The notes under the pieces: generated by a model
Seen by the model: only the letters and a program-made list of their open reading frames with translations
What the model was told of the DNA's origin: nothing
Database searches by the model: none
Shown here: positions 14,331 through 28,239 of the stretch, piece by piece
Position numbering within the stretch: position 1 is the stretch's first letter
Layout of the letters: each line of letters opens with the position of its first letter
DNA from: Callorhinchus milii
Taxonomy: Eukaryota
Reading direction: 5' to 3'
DNA length: 64,000 nt
Assembly: GCF_018977255.1 (NCBI RefSeq)
Contig: NW_024704742.1
Location: 96,784,001 to 96,848,000, forward strand
Made by a program: the position numbers and the translations under genes

Positions 14331-16862
14331 TTTAATATCTAGTGTTGGGCAGACCTACTGCTTTTTATTAAGGCGCAGGATTTCTTTGAAGAATCTATTT
14401 CTATCTATTGTTGAAGGTGTAAAATTGGTGTTTGTTTCTGTCATATAGTTTTTGCTAAACACCAACCAAGCCAGTCAACCTAGAGATAAGGGAAGTTTTC
14501 TGGACGTGTTAACAGTCTGGGGGTCATATAAAAGGAAAAATGTAGGACAATATAATAATAATAATAATCCTTGTATTTGTCTTTGCAATAATAATCTTTG
14601 CATCTGTGCATTTATTAACATAATGCAAGCTAAAGATGACATAGTGGAATTATGATTCAAGGTAGGTGTGTGTATGTTGTGTGACCTGTTGTTATGTAAG
14701 GGTATACTGTACATTTAGCTTCTCCTAAAGTCAGACTAACTGCCTTTCAAATGTTACTAAGCTATTATAGGTATTATCAGCCAGTCAGATCTATTGGTAG
14801 AGGCTGGAATTCAAACATTCTGAGGTACTGTAAATGTATTTTTGAAGCACTGTCACTGAGGTCCAAATTTGCAAGAGTTATGAAAATTTATGGATGCATC
14901 TCAGCTGATTCTCCGGAACCCCACTCAGACGCCATCTACAAAGTTAGAACTGAGACAGGAATCTGAGCAGAGTTTCATAGAGTTGGTCATGACAAAGTCA
15001 GGATTCACTCCAAGCCAAATCCTTTTGCAACTCCTACAATTTAGTACCCAATTAAGAAATGACGAACATTGCCTCAGTTATCTTGATGTGAATATATTGA
15101 TCATCATCAGCAATCCATCGTCACAATGTTTTGGCAACAGTACTATGATTAATGCTATTTTCTTAAACTGTTTAAATGGGTTTAATAGACAAAAAAAGAG
15201 TTTCCTCAATGTAACTGTTGCAGCTTAACTTGATTTATACATGTTGTTAGTACGTCAACGTGATCAGAAACCACACAGTCACAAATTAGTAGAAGGTGGT
15301 GCATCTTCTATGAGTGGCGATAATCTCTCCCACTGAAGGATTGTGCACAATGCATATTGATGAATTGATAAGTCTGATGAGAGCAACTGGTATAAAACAC
15401 ATGCTTTGCTAGAGCTGTCTCTTAAAGTTACAATAAATCAGACAGACAGTGTTGGCCTTTGAGGATAAATCTCTGAAGGCTTGTTGCGCCTCTCTGAACT
15501 GTCTCTAAGGCCAAGGGACTGAAAAGTGCCTGAATGTCACATTAAATCTACCAGGAAAATGGAGCACTTCAAAGAGGAATGCAATCATATCTGATGGAAA
15601 ATACATTTCCTGAAAGCAGCTGACACAAAAGTAATCTTTGATAGCACTGTTGAATAACAATTGATATTGTCTTTTCCAACATTTTTCATTATTGCTGTCT
15701 TATGCTGCCTTCTTCACATATTAGAGTAATATTAACTGTTTGACAGAGACAAATCAAAGAATGCTCAAACCGTAACAGAGACAGTTGTTCTTGAAATGTT
15801 TTACTCATCACAATTTGAAAAGTTAATGTTTGGCTTACGCAAGGGTTTCAACTTTCTTCTACTTTCCCTGCTTTATGATAGAAACAAGAAAAACAACAAC
15901 TTGCACCTTTTACTGCACCTTTCATGTCATTGAATGGCTCACACAGATGATCGGAGGCATTGAGCAAGGGAAGAAAAGAATGGGAACTTAAGGTATTGGC
16001 CAAAGACACATGTTTTCAGAGGGTTTTGTTGACAGTAACAGAAGGAGCAATGAAAAGGGATTTTAAGAGAAAGATTGAAGGAGCAGATCGTAGGATCAGG
16101 GAAGTGAGGAATGAGCGGTAGAATAGTCAGAAGAGTAGAGGGGATGGAGACGGGGCTTGAGGAGATGGCATAGTGGATGAAAATGTTAGAAGAGACACCA
16201 TCAATTCTTATTCAATAGTTCGAGCAAAACAGTACCACAAATAGGCTGAGCTCTGGCACCAAACTACACTGTATCTTCTCGGAAAAATATACTTTCTGGA
16301 TGTATTTTTCCCTTGCTGAGCAACAAACTTCGCATTCCACAACTGAATTAATATCCTTTGGTATTTAAAAGGCATGAATAGTTTGTTAAAGTGCTTCACT
16401 ACTATCAACCATGAGTCATTAAAGATGCCTCTGCTTTGGCTGATATCTAGGCGTTGCTGTTAATGCCCCCTACACCACATTGGCATTGTAGAATTTTAGC
16501 TGCTTAATGTGATTAAACAGCATAACATTTGATTTACACACATTCAGAATGCTCAGAGGAATATCACTGCATAACGATTAATTTTCAAACAAAGAATTTG
16601 GGATCAGTGTCTGTCTTTCTACAGTTAAAAGTACAGCAAGAATATTTGTATAATGCACATTCTAGTAAAATAGTAATGTGTTCTGTGCACCTACAATCAG
16701 GTTGCTATGCAGCTCAATTTTTGTCCAGCTAGGATGGCCCTGGCCAACAATCCCCGATTACAGAAATTCATCAGTCACTTGTTTCATGACTGTTGTGGGA
16801 CATCGCTGTGTGCAATTGTCCTGCCACATTTGCCTAGGCTAAACCGATTGAGGAACCAGCCA

Positions 16863-17040
16863 TATGTGTGAGTGAATGTGTTTGTATAGGCGTGTATGAG
16901 TGTGTGTGCATGTGTCCACATCTATGTGCATGGATTTGTGTGCATTTACTGTATGCATATGTCAGTACGTGTATGTGCATTTACGTGCATATGTGCTTCG
17001 ATATGTTGCGTGAGAAGTGTGTATGTGCGTTATGTGTGAT
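16863..17040. repeat. Degenerate (TG)n/(TA)n simple repeat
   Basis: Alternating purine-pyrimidine tract. Confidence 0.75.
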
Positions 17041-17329
17041 AATACGTCTAATTTCAAATATTCCCAAATATTTTCCAAAGCATAGGAAGCATTAATGGTC
17101 GAATTGATCAGATTGTGGTCTGCAATTTACAAAAGTTGTTAAGTGAGAATAGAAGCAAAAGGACAAAAAAGCTGGGCATGAAGAGGTGGAATTTGCTTCT
17201 ATGGCCTTTTTCTGCATTCTGGCATTCTTTTAGAAATCACAAAAAGTACTTCAAACTCCTTTCACATTGTTGCAAATTAGACTGGATTTCATGTATGTGA
17301 AAATATTGAAGATGTAGAGAAACAGAAAC

Positions 17330-17810
17330 AGAAACCTTGTACACATAAGGAGCCCACTCGGTCCATTCTAGTGCATTGCTGTATATATTATCACCCTCTA
17401 GTTTTAATCCCATTTTTCCGCTCTTTCCCCCGCCCCCATTCCTTAATGGTTTTACTGCTCAGATGCTTGTCCAGTTCAATTTTGAGTGATTCTATTGATC
17501 CAGCCTCAATAGCCACTTGCAGCAATGAATTCCACACCTTACTAACCTTCTGAGTGGATAAATCCCTTTTAACCTCAACCCTGCTTCTTTTGCTAACAAT
17601 CCTGAGACTATGCCACCTTGTAATCGATTCCCCAACAAAAAGATAAATAGCGTCTCCCTATTTATCTTGTCTCGCCCCTTCGGAACCTTAACAAACTATC
17701 ATACCTTTCTCAATATCTTCTGTCCCAGTAGAAAACGCCCCCATGTAGCCAGTCTCTCTTCATATATATTGATATTGGCTCATACCCAGTATCATTCTTG
17801 CATTATACCA
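17330..17810 (-). mobile_element. Decayed CR1 3' fragment
   Basis: GAATTCCACAC..CTAACCTTCTGAGTG (reverse of FTQ.VV..WNS). Confidence 0.6.
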
Positions 17811-18249
17811 GTTCTGAGACCATGTAATACAAAATTACATTTGCAAAGTGCCTTTCATGTCAGGAGGATGTCTCAAGGTGCTGAAATGTATGCAGTATTT
17901 AGTGCATGTGTACAGTATTTAGCATACATACATACGTGTATAAATGCATGCTAATTTCTCTATTTGTTACAGTCTTTGTTGCGCTGTGATATTGGCATAT
18001 CCCTGGAGATCCTGAGGTAGCCTCACACCATTTCTAAAGGACAGTCAAAAGCCAATGAACAGTCTGACATATCTCAAGAAATTAGTGTAATTCCAAGAAA
18101 AAGTTACTGACTATAAGGCAAGGTGCAGGAAAAGTGTACTCATTTAGTTTCTTTACATGCACAAATTCTTATTGCAGGGGCAATTTTGATTTAAGTTGGT
18201 ACTGACAGCATAATAACATTAACTCTTTTGTATAGTTAAGTCCTTGTCC

Positions 18250-18629
18250 GTGGAGTCCTGTAGCTCAGAGGTTAGAGCACTCACCTCGCAAGAGACCTGG
18301 GTTTGATTCCCAGTAGGGTGAAACATTGGGCAAGTTTCCTTGCTCCACATGTCTCTGTTTACCTAGCAGTAAGTAGAACCCAGTTGTTAGTTCATTGGTG
18401 GATTGCTTTTCCGGGGGTTATAATTCCTTCAAAAAAAAAATTTTAAATAATAATAATTTGGTCACTCAATCCACGACTGTTTGTGAGCCACTGCTGTGTA
18501 CAATTGGCTGCCGCGTTTTGCCGACAAAATAGTCATTTCACTTTACAATATATTCTGTGAAGTGCTTTGAGATGTCTCGAAGATGTGAAAAGGCGCTATA
18601 TCAAATGTAAGGATTATTATTATTATTAT
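18250..18629 (+). mobile_element. tRNA-headed SINE, long subfamily
   Basis: GTGGAGTCCTGTAGCTCAG head, internal segment, partial Deu domain, (ATT)n tail. Confidence 0.9.
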
Positions 18630-19558
18630 AGTTAGCTTGAAGCCAAGAGGAAAATAAAAACTGGCAAATTTTATAAAATAACATTGGAGCAGTGGGGGAT
18701 AAAAAGATGCCTGGTATTGCAAATAATGGCTTCCTCGTGAGATGAATTTGGTTGTTTCCTTGACAGAACACCAGTCACAGGTTGAATCTGTGACTGTCCC
18801 CACGGAAAGTAGGCTTTGAATTGCGGGACCATGTGACACTGCCTCATCCCAGTCCCCAAGGTGCAAGATGGATGTGAGAAGATGAGCTATAGAAATAGAG
18901 AAGATTATTAAATCATAAATGAACAACAAAGCCTTAGACAGAACAACCAGATGGTCTTGGGTTCAAGTCCCAGGACTGCCTGGCACACAAATAAACTGCC
19001 ACAGTGGTGAGCCGTTCCCTTGTTTCTCAACCCAGTTGCTAGGCTGAGCATCTTGTGGATGGGAGTGTTCAACCTCAGAGGGGATGTATTCCTTCTGTCA
19101 CAAGGTCTGGGAGAGCAGGTGGAAAAGTGTGTGCCCAAAGAAGGAATTGATGTTTTTTAGGAAATGTGGTTGGAGCAGGTTGGGAAAAATGAGACAAGCA
19201 GAGTTTTCTCGTTATAACAATCAGACATTATGCAATGTGAAAGATTTGCACCAAATTTATTTGGTTTAATCAAATGATATCTGATAGCACAACTGGAACA
19301 TAATAATGGGGAGATTTAGACTGGTTTGTAAATGTGTTTCATTGCAAGCGAAAAAATTAAGCCTCGTTTTTAAAGATCTTTGGTGCCATCTGGTGGATTA
19401 TTTCAAAACTAAATATCTTTCCACCATTCCAATTCAAATTTATGTTATAGAGAATGTAAACAGCTTTGTTACTATTTTCCTTATGATTTTAACTACCTCC
19501 TTGAACCTATATCCAACTCGACTCCCTCCCCCTCTCCATTGCGCGGGGTCTGATCCTT

Positions 19559-20800
19559 CAACAACAACAAAATTACATTTACAGAGCAACTTTCACGTCG
19601 GGAGGACGTCCCAAAGCGCTAAACAGTCAGGTGTCGGGGCCCGAGCATGGGGGAGGGGTGGTGTAGGGGTGAGGAAAGGCAGAGAGGTGGAAGGGAGACC
19701 AAAGGCACGGCCGAAGAGAGGCGCTATACAAATGTAATCTTGTCGTTGTTGTTGTCTTGAGACCGGCCTTGAAGGAGGCAAGGGAGGAAGTGAGGCGAAG
19801 GGACCGTGGGATGGAATTCCAGAGTGTGGGGGCAGAGAGGCTGAAAGCCCGGCCACCGATGGTCGGACGGGTCGGGTGGGAGACATGGAGCAGACCGGAG
19901 CCCAATGAATGGAGGGAGCGGACAGGCTCGTAGGGTGTCAGCAGGTCAGAGAGGAAGGAGGGGACAAGACCATGAATGGCCTTAAAGGTGAGGACGAGTA
20001 TCTTGAACTCGATCCTCTGGGGGATGGGGAAATCAGTGCACTCGGGTGAGGGTGGGAGTGATGGGGTCACGGAGCCTGGTGCGTGAGAGTACACGAGCTG
20101 CAGAGTTTTGGATGATCTGCAGCTTGTGAAGGGAAGAGTTGGGAAGGCCGATGAGGAGGGAGTTCTCGTAATCGAGCCTTGAGGTGACGAATGTGTGGGT
20201 GAGGGTTTCGGCAGCCTGAGGGGTGAGGCAATGGCGGAGTCTGGCAATATTGCGGAGGTGGTGGTAGGCAGTGCCCATCATGGCGCGGATATGGGGGAGA
20301 AAGGGCAGTTTAGGGTCAAACGAGATACCCAGGTTCCTGACTGGCTTAGTGAGGTTGAGTGTGCAGCTGTGGAGGCTGATGCTGCCAGCGCCTGAGGTGC
20401 GGAGGCGCTGGTGCGACCAATCAGGAGGGCCTCAGTTTTGCTGACGTTGAGTTGGAGAAAGTTATCCCTCATCCAGGACTTGATGTCGGACAGGCAGTCG
20501 GTCAGGACGCCAGTAGTCCTGGAGTTCAGGCTTGAGGCCAAGAGGCAGAGTTTTGTGTCATCCGCATACATGTGGAAATTTACCCAATGTCTGCAGATGA
20601 CGTCACCAAGGGGGAGCATGTAGAGGGTGAAGAGGAGGAGACCGAGGACAGAACCCTAAGGAACACTGCACAAGACAGTGCGGAGGCTGGAGGAGAAGCC
20701 GTTTGCCACGACAAAGTTGAGGCGGTGTGAAAGGTGGAACCTGAATCAGTTAAGGACAGAACCTTGAAGGTTGAGGTGAGAGGAGAGGCGGCGGAGGAGG
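19559..20800 (-). mobile_element. L2 LINE 3' portion (RT YADD region to tail)
   Basis: MLPLGDVI...[10 protein letters not shown]...[15 protein letters not shown]; frameshifted. Confidence 0.93.
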
Positions 20801-21052
20801 ATTCACTGCATGTGAAGGGAACTATATAAATGTAAATTGTTGATGTTGCACTGCAGTGTGTGTGCCTGCTCAAATGCCGTTGCCATGTTGTAGCTATACT
20901 TTTAACCAAATGCAATCTATTAACTTCACCATGAGCATTGCATAATAATGTTTGGCATTCTAAATTTAAAATGAGGCAGTAAGTACTTCAAATCTTTATT
21001 AATATATTGCATTGAAACATTTAGATTCCTTGTAGACAACTGATTTAGTCTT

Positions 21053-21190
21053 CATAGAATCATAGAATCATACAGCACAGAAGGATGCCATGTGGCCCAA
21101 CATGGCTGTGCCGCCTCTTTGAAAAGAGCTATCCAATTCAATCCCACTCCCCTGTTCTCTCCCCATGGCCCTGCAAACCTTTCCTCCCCG
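21053..21190 (-). mobile_element. CR1 3' tail
   Basis: (CATAGAAT)2 octamer terminus. Confidence 0.78.
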
Positions 21191-22664
21191 TCTTGCAGTA
21201 AGACCAAATGTGTTATGCAGAATTGGGCAATAATTTACACACTGTCTGGTTCCATTATTTATTAATTGACTACTAGAATTATTCCAGTTCCCTGCCTTCT
21301 GTAAAATGGCCAATTCTCTGCCTTTTGTAAAACAGCCATCTATTCGTGGCAAATATAATACCCGGATGCAAACTCAGGATTCTCCAGCCCCTTAGGATGT
21401 CTTCCCAATGTGAAAGGAGCTATATAATTATACATTTGTTGTTGTTTTGCATGTATACAAATGCAGCGAGCATACCTTCTAAGGTATACCTTAATGTCTT
21501 CAAGAATGTGGCTAGAAAAGGTTTTGATATCAATGTATGCAATTTTAAAATATTCAATAAATGTAATGCATATATAACAGATATATAGCACATAAAGTAT
21601 TGATCTAAATTTACAATATGACCTTATTCTTATTCTCCATTACAAATTATCCCATAGTCCCAAATGGATTTGTTTCACCCAAAAAATACACAGTATATCC
21701 TGTGCAGTGCTTTGAAATGTCTCGAGGATGTGATAAGGCTCTATATGAAATGGAAGAACTATTATTATGATGTATGTGATATGTATTTTATTCTGAGTAT
21801 ATGCTCAAATACTGTAAGTAGCAAGTTATTACTGATCTCCATTACTGATCTCTGCCTTTTTAGTTTTACCATAACAAAACAAGTTCAATCCTCTGCACAA
21901 AAATAACCTGATAAGCATGGTATTGACATGAAATGCAATCATTGACATGATATTCCATAATAGGGAATGAAAGTAAAGACTCCTCATGGATATCGCAGCT
22001 TGAAGACACCAATATTTGCTGTCCTATATCCTGTTAAGATTTCTAAGTGAACCTTAGTGAGATTGAACAGGACCAGTTCAGCTGCCCATTTGCACAACAC
22101 TAATCTGCTTTGAACCTGTTACAATTAGGAACTGACAGTGGAGAGAGTTGAAATATCATGTGGTACATTGATTGAATTGCCCTTCTGAGGTCTGAGTTGA
22201 ACTGTAGATGACCCTAGTTAACACTCTTGGTAAGTTCTGTAGCTGGATTCCTTCTGTCAAACCGAAAATATTCTAGTCTGTCAACCATAATATTGGTGTA
22301 CATAGTAATGGAATGCATGTCCCTGTGTCAGTGCTTGACTGGTAAGTAATCCTGAAAGATAAGGATGCTCATAGCACTGAAAATGCAGTTAATGGAATTT
22401 ATTCAGCTTTTTTTTTGCCCTGGTTTTCTTCCCTGTATTTATTGCAATAAACAACTATATTTTCATAAAGATATCCCTGCAATTATATATCCTAGCAATT
22501 CCATAATTGAATCAAGAATAGATCACAAGAGAGACTTGGTTGAAGAGGTTCTTCATTCTATTACATTGTGAAAACATAAGTGCTCAAAACTCACCAGAGG
22601 TCATATTTATTTTCTTATTTCATGTATTCATAGATTCTCTATCCTCTATTTTTCTTCTTTTTGT

Positions 22665-23075
22665 TTTTGCATTTGCTTTAGAACCTTATCACATTGTCAA
22701 GGTGTCTCAAAGTGCTTCTCAAGACTTTACTTTGAAGTGTAATGAATGTGTATTTAAGGCAACTGCAACAGCCAATTTGCACACAACAATGTGTCACAAA
22801 CAGCCGTGAAGTGCATGACAATTGTATTTTTGGGATTGTTGGCTAGGACATTGGAAGTAAATCGCTTCCCTTTTTGAATAGTTCAATGGTATCTTTAATG
22901 TCCACCTGAACAGGCAAACGGGACCTTGATTTAATATAATAATAATAATAATAACCTGGATTTAATGTCTCATCTAAAGATGGCACCTCAAACAAACTAA
23001 TGCAACTCCAGCACTGCATTGGAATGTCATCTTAGACTATGTCTTAAAAGTGTTTCTGACTGAGCCAGACTGATA
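22665..23075 (-). mobile_element. Older Deu-domain SINE
   Basis: CAGCCAATTTGCACACAAC...TCTTTAATGTCCACCTGAACAGGCA...AGATGGCACCTC. Confidence 0.75.
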
Positions 23076-23945
23076 ACCTGCACCGTACTATTTCACCTGT
23101 AGTCAGGCTCACTCAGCTATAGAACTCAGTGGCAACAATCACGCCTATAAATTGTTAATCTCATCACAAGGACATCTTCTAAGGGTGAGGGTTGAATTGA
23201 AATCCTAATCCAAACTAATCCAAATTTAGGATTAACTCATTGAATACACAAAATGTGGACTAAGTGTTGTTTTAAATTCCAAAATTTTAATATTCAGTCA
23301 TTTACAATAACTGTAATACACAGGGATAACACTGCAGAACAAAGGATTGTCAACACTAGTGAGACCTATACCTGAACTGCTGGCTATTGGCATCTCAGCA
23401 CTGTCAAAACAAAGCTCCTTTGCATCACTTTTCAGACCACTTATTTCCTTCTTATTGCACTGGCAAGAGGGGTCTCCCAGTGGCAGTAGTAAACTGGGAC
23501 TCCAATCACACTGTTTCTGTGATTGTTCCCAGTTAATGTCTCTGGAAATGTGATACTTGAGAGCAAGCCCATGATACATGGGCAAATTCCTTTCACTCCC
23601 ATTACATTCCACAGCTCTAATGGCTGTGCAGTCTGCGTACATCCATGCAGTCTGAGTTTTATTAAAGTAGAGAAGTGCTCCATATACTTTGTGCAATAAC
23701 ACCATGTATTGGTATCTTTGTTTGGCTTCTCAGACTAATTGGTGCGCACTATCACACGACTAAAATCCTGTCTATTCTTTGAAATCTGAGCACCTCCTAC
23801 CTTCTTCAGCAAAGCAGATCGCTGTTAGAACTCAGAGATTATTGCTCAGATATTTAAGGGGCTAAACTGTATATTGTTTAATGGCCAGTCATCCATTACC
23901 AATCCTATCCACTGATGGCTTTCTTCACCATATTTCATTAATTGC

Positions 23946-24650
23946 ACAACAACAACTTGGATTTATATAGCGCCCTCCACGCCGTAGGGCGTCTCAGAGC
24001 TCTTCACAGTAACAGATCCCGGGGCCAAGCCAGTGGAAGGGGGAAGAAGGTGACCAAAGGCGTGGTTGAAAAGAAAGGTCTTCAGCAGAGACCTGAAAAT
24101 AGGAAGAGAAGGAGTGAGGCGAAGGGAGTGAGGAAGGGAATTCCAGAGCCTCGGGGCATAGTGGCTGAAGGCACGGCCGCCGAGGGTGGAGCGGAGGACT
24201 CGGGGGACAAGGAGGAGGCCAGCCCTGGGGGAACGAAGGCAATGGGCACTGTTTTGAGGAGAGAGGTCAGAGAGGTAGGGGGGTGCAGAGGACTGGAGGG
24301 ATTTGAACACAAGGGTGAGGATCTTGAAGTCGATCCTCTCTGGGACAGGTAGCCAGTGCAGTCTGGCAAGGACTGGGGCAATTGGGGAACGGAGTTTGGT
24401 GCGGGTGAGAATGCGGGCGGCAGAGTTTTGAATAATCTGGATTTTGTGGATGGTAGTGGATGGGAGGCCGGCGAAGAGGGCATTAGAGTAGTCCAGCCGA
24501 GAGGTGACAAAGGCATGGACCAGAGTTTCAGCGGCTTTCGGAGAGAGGTATTGGCAGAGACGGGCGATACATCGGAGGTGGAAGAAAGCTGGTGAGGGAC
24601 CAGATGTGGGGGAGGAAAGATAATTGGGGGTCGAACCTGACGCCTAGTTT
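23946..24650 (-). mobile_element. L2 LINE 3' portion, second family
   Basis: GGRAFSHYAPRLWNSLP; different tail (GAGACGCCCTACGGCGTGGAGGGCGC). Confidence 0.9.
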
Positions 24651-27564
24651 TGCACGTAGATCATGCACCACATGACACCTTGTGAAAGTTTTCCACATTT
24701 TGAATGAAGGATAAAACACAAGAGAGGTTCAATTCATCTGTTCTTTTTCTGCCATATTCCCATTGAAAGTATTGAGATGATTCTTACATGAATCCACTGT
24801 CCTGGCCTCAATCACCCTTTCTAGTAATGTACTCAACCTGATAATCTACTCTCTGTTAAAAAAAACTCACTGGTACCTTTCCTCCAATTACCTTTCAGAA
24901 TCCCGAATGTACTGACTGTTGCCTTGACATATCTGTTGATAGGAGGTACCACACAAGCCAATTCCGCAGGTCCACTTTTGTTTGTTTTCCTGTTCCTGAA
25001 GAGTCCAATTCTTCCACAACAAGACTTCTAATGATTAGACCAGGCCCCTAATACTGACCTTCGCCATCCCTCAGCCAGACATCAAGATTGGTTTATCTGA
25101 TGTCTCCTGAATCTGCTTCTGCAATGCTGCTGGACTAAATAGCATCTTTTTCACTACATAAGAAAGGATGTAACAAAAAGTGTCAACAAACCTGCTCCTT
25201 CCACAAACCACCACCCAAGATCAATCCTATTGTGAATGATACCTCCCACTCACTCTGTCTGCTGGGGAAAAAAAGCTCCACATGGACGCTTCTTGAATCT
25301 CAATTCAACCAAGTAAAACCTACGGTACATTCTTCCACCTTCACAACTGTTCATCCAAGCTTCCTTGCTTCCAGAACATCGCCCCACTCTCCGCAACCTC
25401 GGCAGCACAGAAAGTATTTCAGTCTATCACAAACCAATGGACAAAGCTGACAACCTTTCCATTTCGTGTTCATAATGCCAAGTTTCAAAGGTTTTCATCG
25501 GTGGAAGTTTCACAAAGAAACCCATAGAATTACCCATTCGTTCATTCATCATCAGCACTTTGATTTATAAGTAGCTGGTGGGACCCATAAATTAACTGTT
25601 AGCAGTTCACCCAGCAAAACAGCAGCTTGTATTTAAAAATGTTAAATGTTTGAAAAACAAAGATTGGTGGGGCATTAAGCCTATCACCTGAGAGTAGGCT
25701 TTGTGAAATTTCTCAAGACTTTAACGCTCAGTGCTGATCAAGTGGGTATTTGCTAAAGCTTCTTTGTTCTGGGAACAACATACCATTTAGAAGTACTAAT
25801 GAGCGAGTGCACTCTGTTGTAAACGGCACCTACAATAACCAATTTTCGCTAGCACCACTACATATATAGTTAGTAGATAATGAAGCTGACCCTTTGACCT
25901 CAAGTGCTTTTCTGCATAAGGGAGTGTGGCATTTCAATATGGAAGAAATCAGCCAATTTTCACAGCAGCTTTATTTGCGATAGAGTGTATTGCAATTAAT
26001 GAGGAGTAATTTGCTTGTAATTCAAGTCAGGAATTAGTTATAGTAGAGGGTGCCTGGTGGAGAGGTGGATTTCCTTGTTAGAAGCTAAGCACAGGATTAG
26101 CAAAATTCTCCATGGAGAAATCGTGATTTGTTCGAGGTCTTTCAAGTTTTCAACACAGAAGGATTACGGCTGCTTAGTGAAGGCCTTGCTTAAAAAGCTA
26201 CAAAGTATATAAAAAAAGGATTTGGAACAGCCATGCCTCTGCTGAAGAAGGAAGGGTTTTATACCATGGGATTATTTAAAGCCATAAACTTCAAAAATAA
26301 TTAGTTTAGCACCTTTGGGTCAATGCAGAACAACATGCTGAAAAGACAGCTCAGCATGAGCTAATATGCATTTTGCTTTTGCTAATTATTCTATGCATTC
26401 AGAGCATGGGATGAAGGAGATGCTTCAGCTCTCTTCTAACTGAAGAGCAATAATAAGGGTGAGATAATGGTCATTAAATTGTGTATTGCATTCACTTGCT
26501 GTGGGGTGATTAAATTGCTGCCTTCGTACCCTGCATCAGTTGTTATTTTCAGTTCCCAAATATGCTTACTTTCACTGTAAACAGATCTTCCTTGAATCCC
26601 CCAAATTGGCATCTTTACAGAATTCCCAACAAACAAGAAGGATGAAGTTCCAACTGGCCTTCATCCAAACAGCATTGTTTTCCCTCTAAGTAGAAGGCAG
26701 ATTATCTAGCTGGAGCCAGAATTCACAGCGGACATCACATTGCATAATATACCAAGCTGAGATTCGCAAAATCATTAAAACAAAACTCACTGATTCATAA
26801 GATTGATCCTTTGCTGAATGATTCAGTTCCGACTGATGATCTTGAGCCGTATGTCTGCAGTTTGTTTGGGAGCAAATTGGTCTAATCATAGGACATTCTC
26901 TGCTAATCAGAAAGCAGCTGTTCGTCTTGATTTTACAAAAGGCGTCAAGCAATGGTTCTTTGAGTTACAATTACAGCCGCCTAACCAACTGGGAACTGAT
27001 TATTTTTCAACCATTACTGCCTTGCTACCATTTTGGTCAAGCTAATAATGTAGTGCCACTGGTCCTGAATACAGCTGTGATCTGATGCAGTTCTGCATGA
27101 GAAACAGAAAGAAAGAGGTTTGAATAGACTTTGTCTTGAACGTCATTTGGGTTTCCAGAGGTTAAACGGTTTAACAAAGCACCATTTTTCTCCAGATTGC
27201 ATTTGGCAAGGCTCCTAAATAAGGATCATAACATAAACCTGTTAATTTTCAGAAATGCAATATTGTTAAGATTTCTGTGCATTTTTATTTGAGAGGAAAA
27301 TAAAATCATTGTCTTGAAAGAAAAAGAAAGCCTCTTAATAATATTAATCCTTGCCCTTGATACGTTCTCAAATAATAATAATCCTTGTATTTGATATAGT
27401 GCCTTATCACGTTCTGTAAAGGTCGATTATAGGTAGATGGATTAATAAATTTACACAAAGTGATATCCCACTAACAGCTATGAAGAAAATGACAATTTTT
27501 TATTTGGGGGATTGTTGGCTTGGACACCAGAAATCATAGTGAATGTTAGATATCCTTTGCTATA

Positions 27565-27795
27565 TCCCAACCTCTAGAATTCCATCCCCCAATCACTCCA
27601 CCTCGCCACCTCCTTAGCCTTCAAATCCTGCCTCAAAACCTTCCTCTGCAACCATGCCATCGGCCACCCCCCTTCCCCTCCCCTCCCTTCTCCCGCCCTG
27701 ACCCCAGCTCGGGTCTGAAATGCTGTACACTGTCCAACGCCTTGGGATGTCCTCCCGACATGAAAGGCTTTATACAGATGTAATCTTATTGTTGT
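27565..27795 (+). mobile_element. L2 3' fragment
   Basis: FKSCLKTFL region and L2 tail. Confidence 0.8.
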
Positions 27796-27829
27796 TCCTA
27801 TGACTCACTTCTCAAGTCGTAGCAGAAGA

Positions 27830-28025
27830 TATCTAACATTCACATGATCAGACAGAAAGGAACTCAATTTAACATCTCACATGAAGGACAACACTTCTGA
27901 CAATGCATTACACCTCAGCACTGCATTGGAGTGTGTCAGCCTTTCCCACATGAGCTCGAAGTCCTGATGTGGGGCTTGAAACCACAACCTTCTGACTCCG
28001 AGGTGAGAGTGCTACCAGGCTGACT
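27830..28025 (-). mobile_element. Older Deu-domain SINE, 5' half
   Basis: CAGCACTGCATTGGAGTGTGTCAGCC...CTTGAAACCACAACCTTCTGACTC. Confidence 0.7.
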
Positions 28026-28239
28026 GGATTGACTTTAGAAGAAAATGTCTCTACTTCACAACAATGAACTGTTTCATTTCCTACCAATGCAGGCATCCCT
28101 GTCTGAGCAATCATCAAATTTTGCTGAATTATGGCCAGGTTAAAAGGTTATACTGAATCTGTACAAAACGATGATGAGGCGACAATTAGAATACAATTTG
28201 TGTGTGTGTGCAATTTGGGCTCTTCATTATGGGAAAGAT

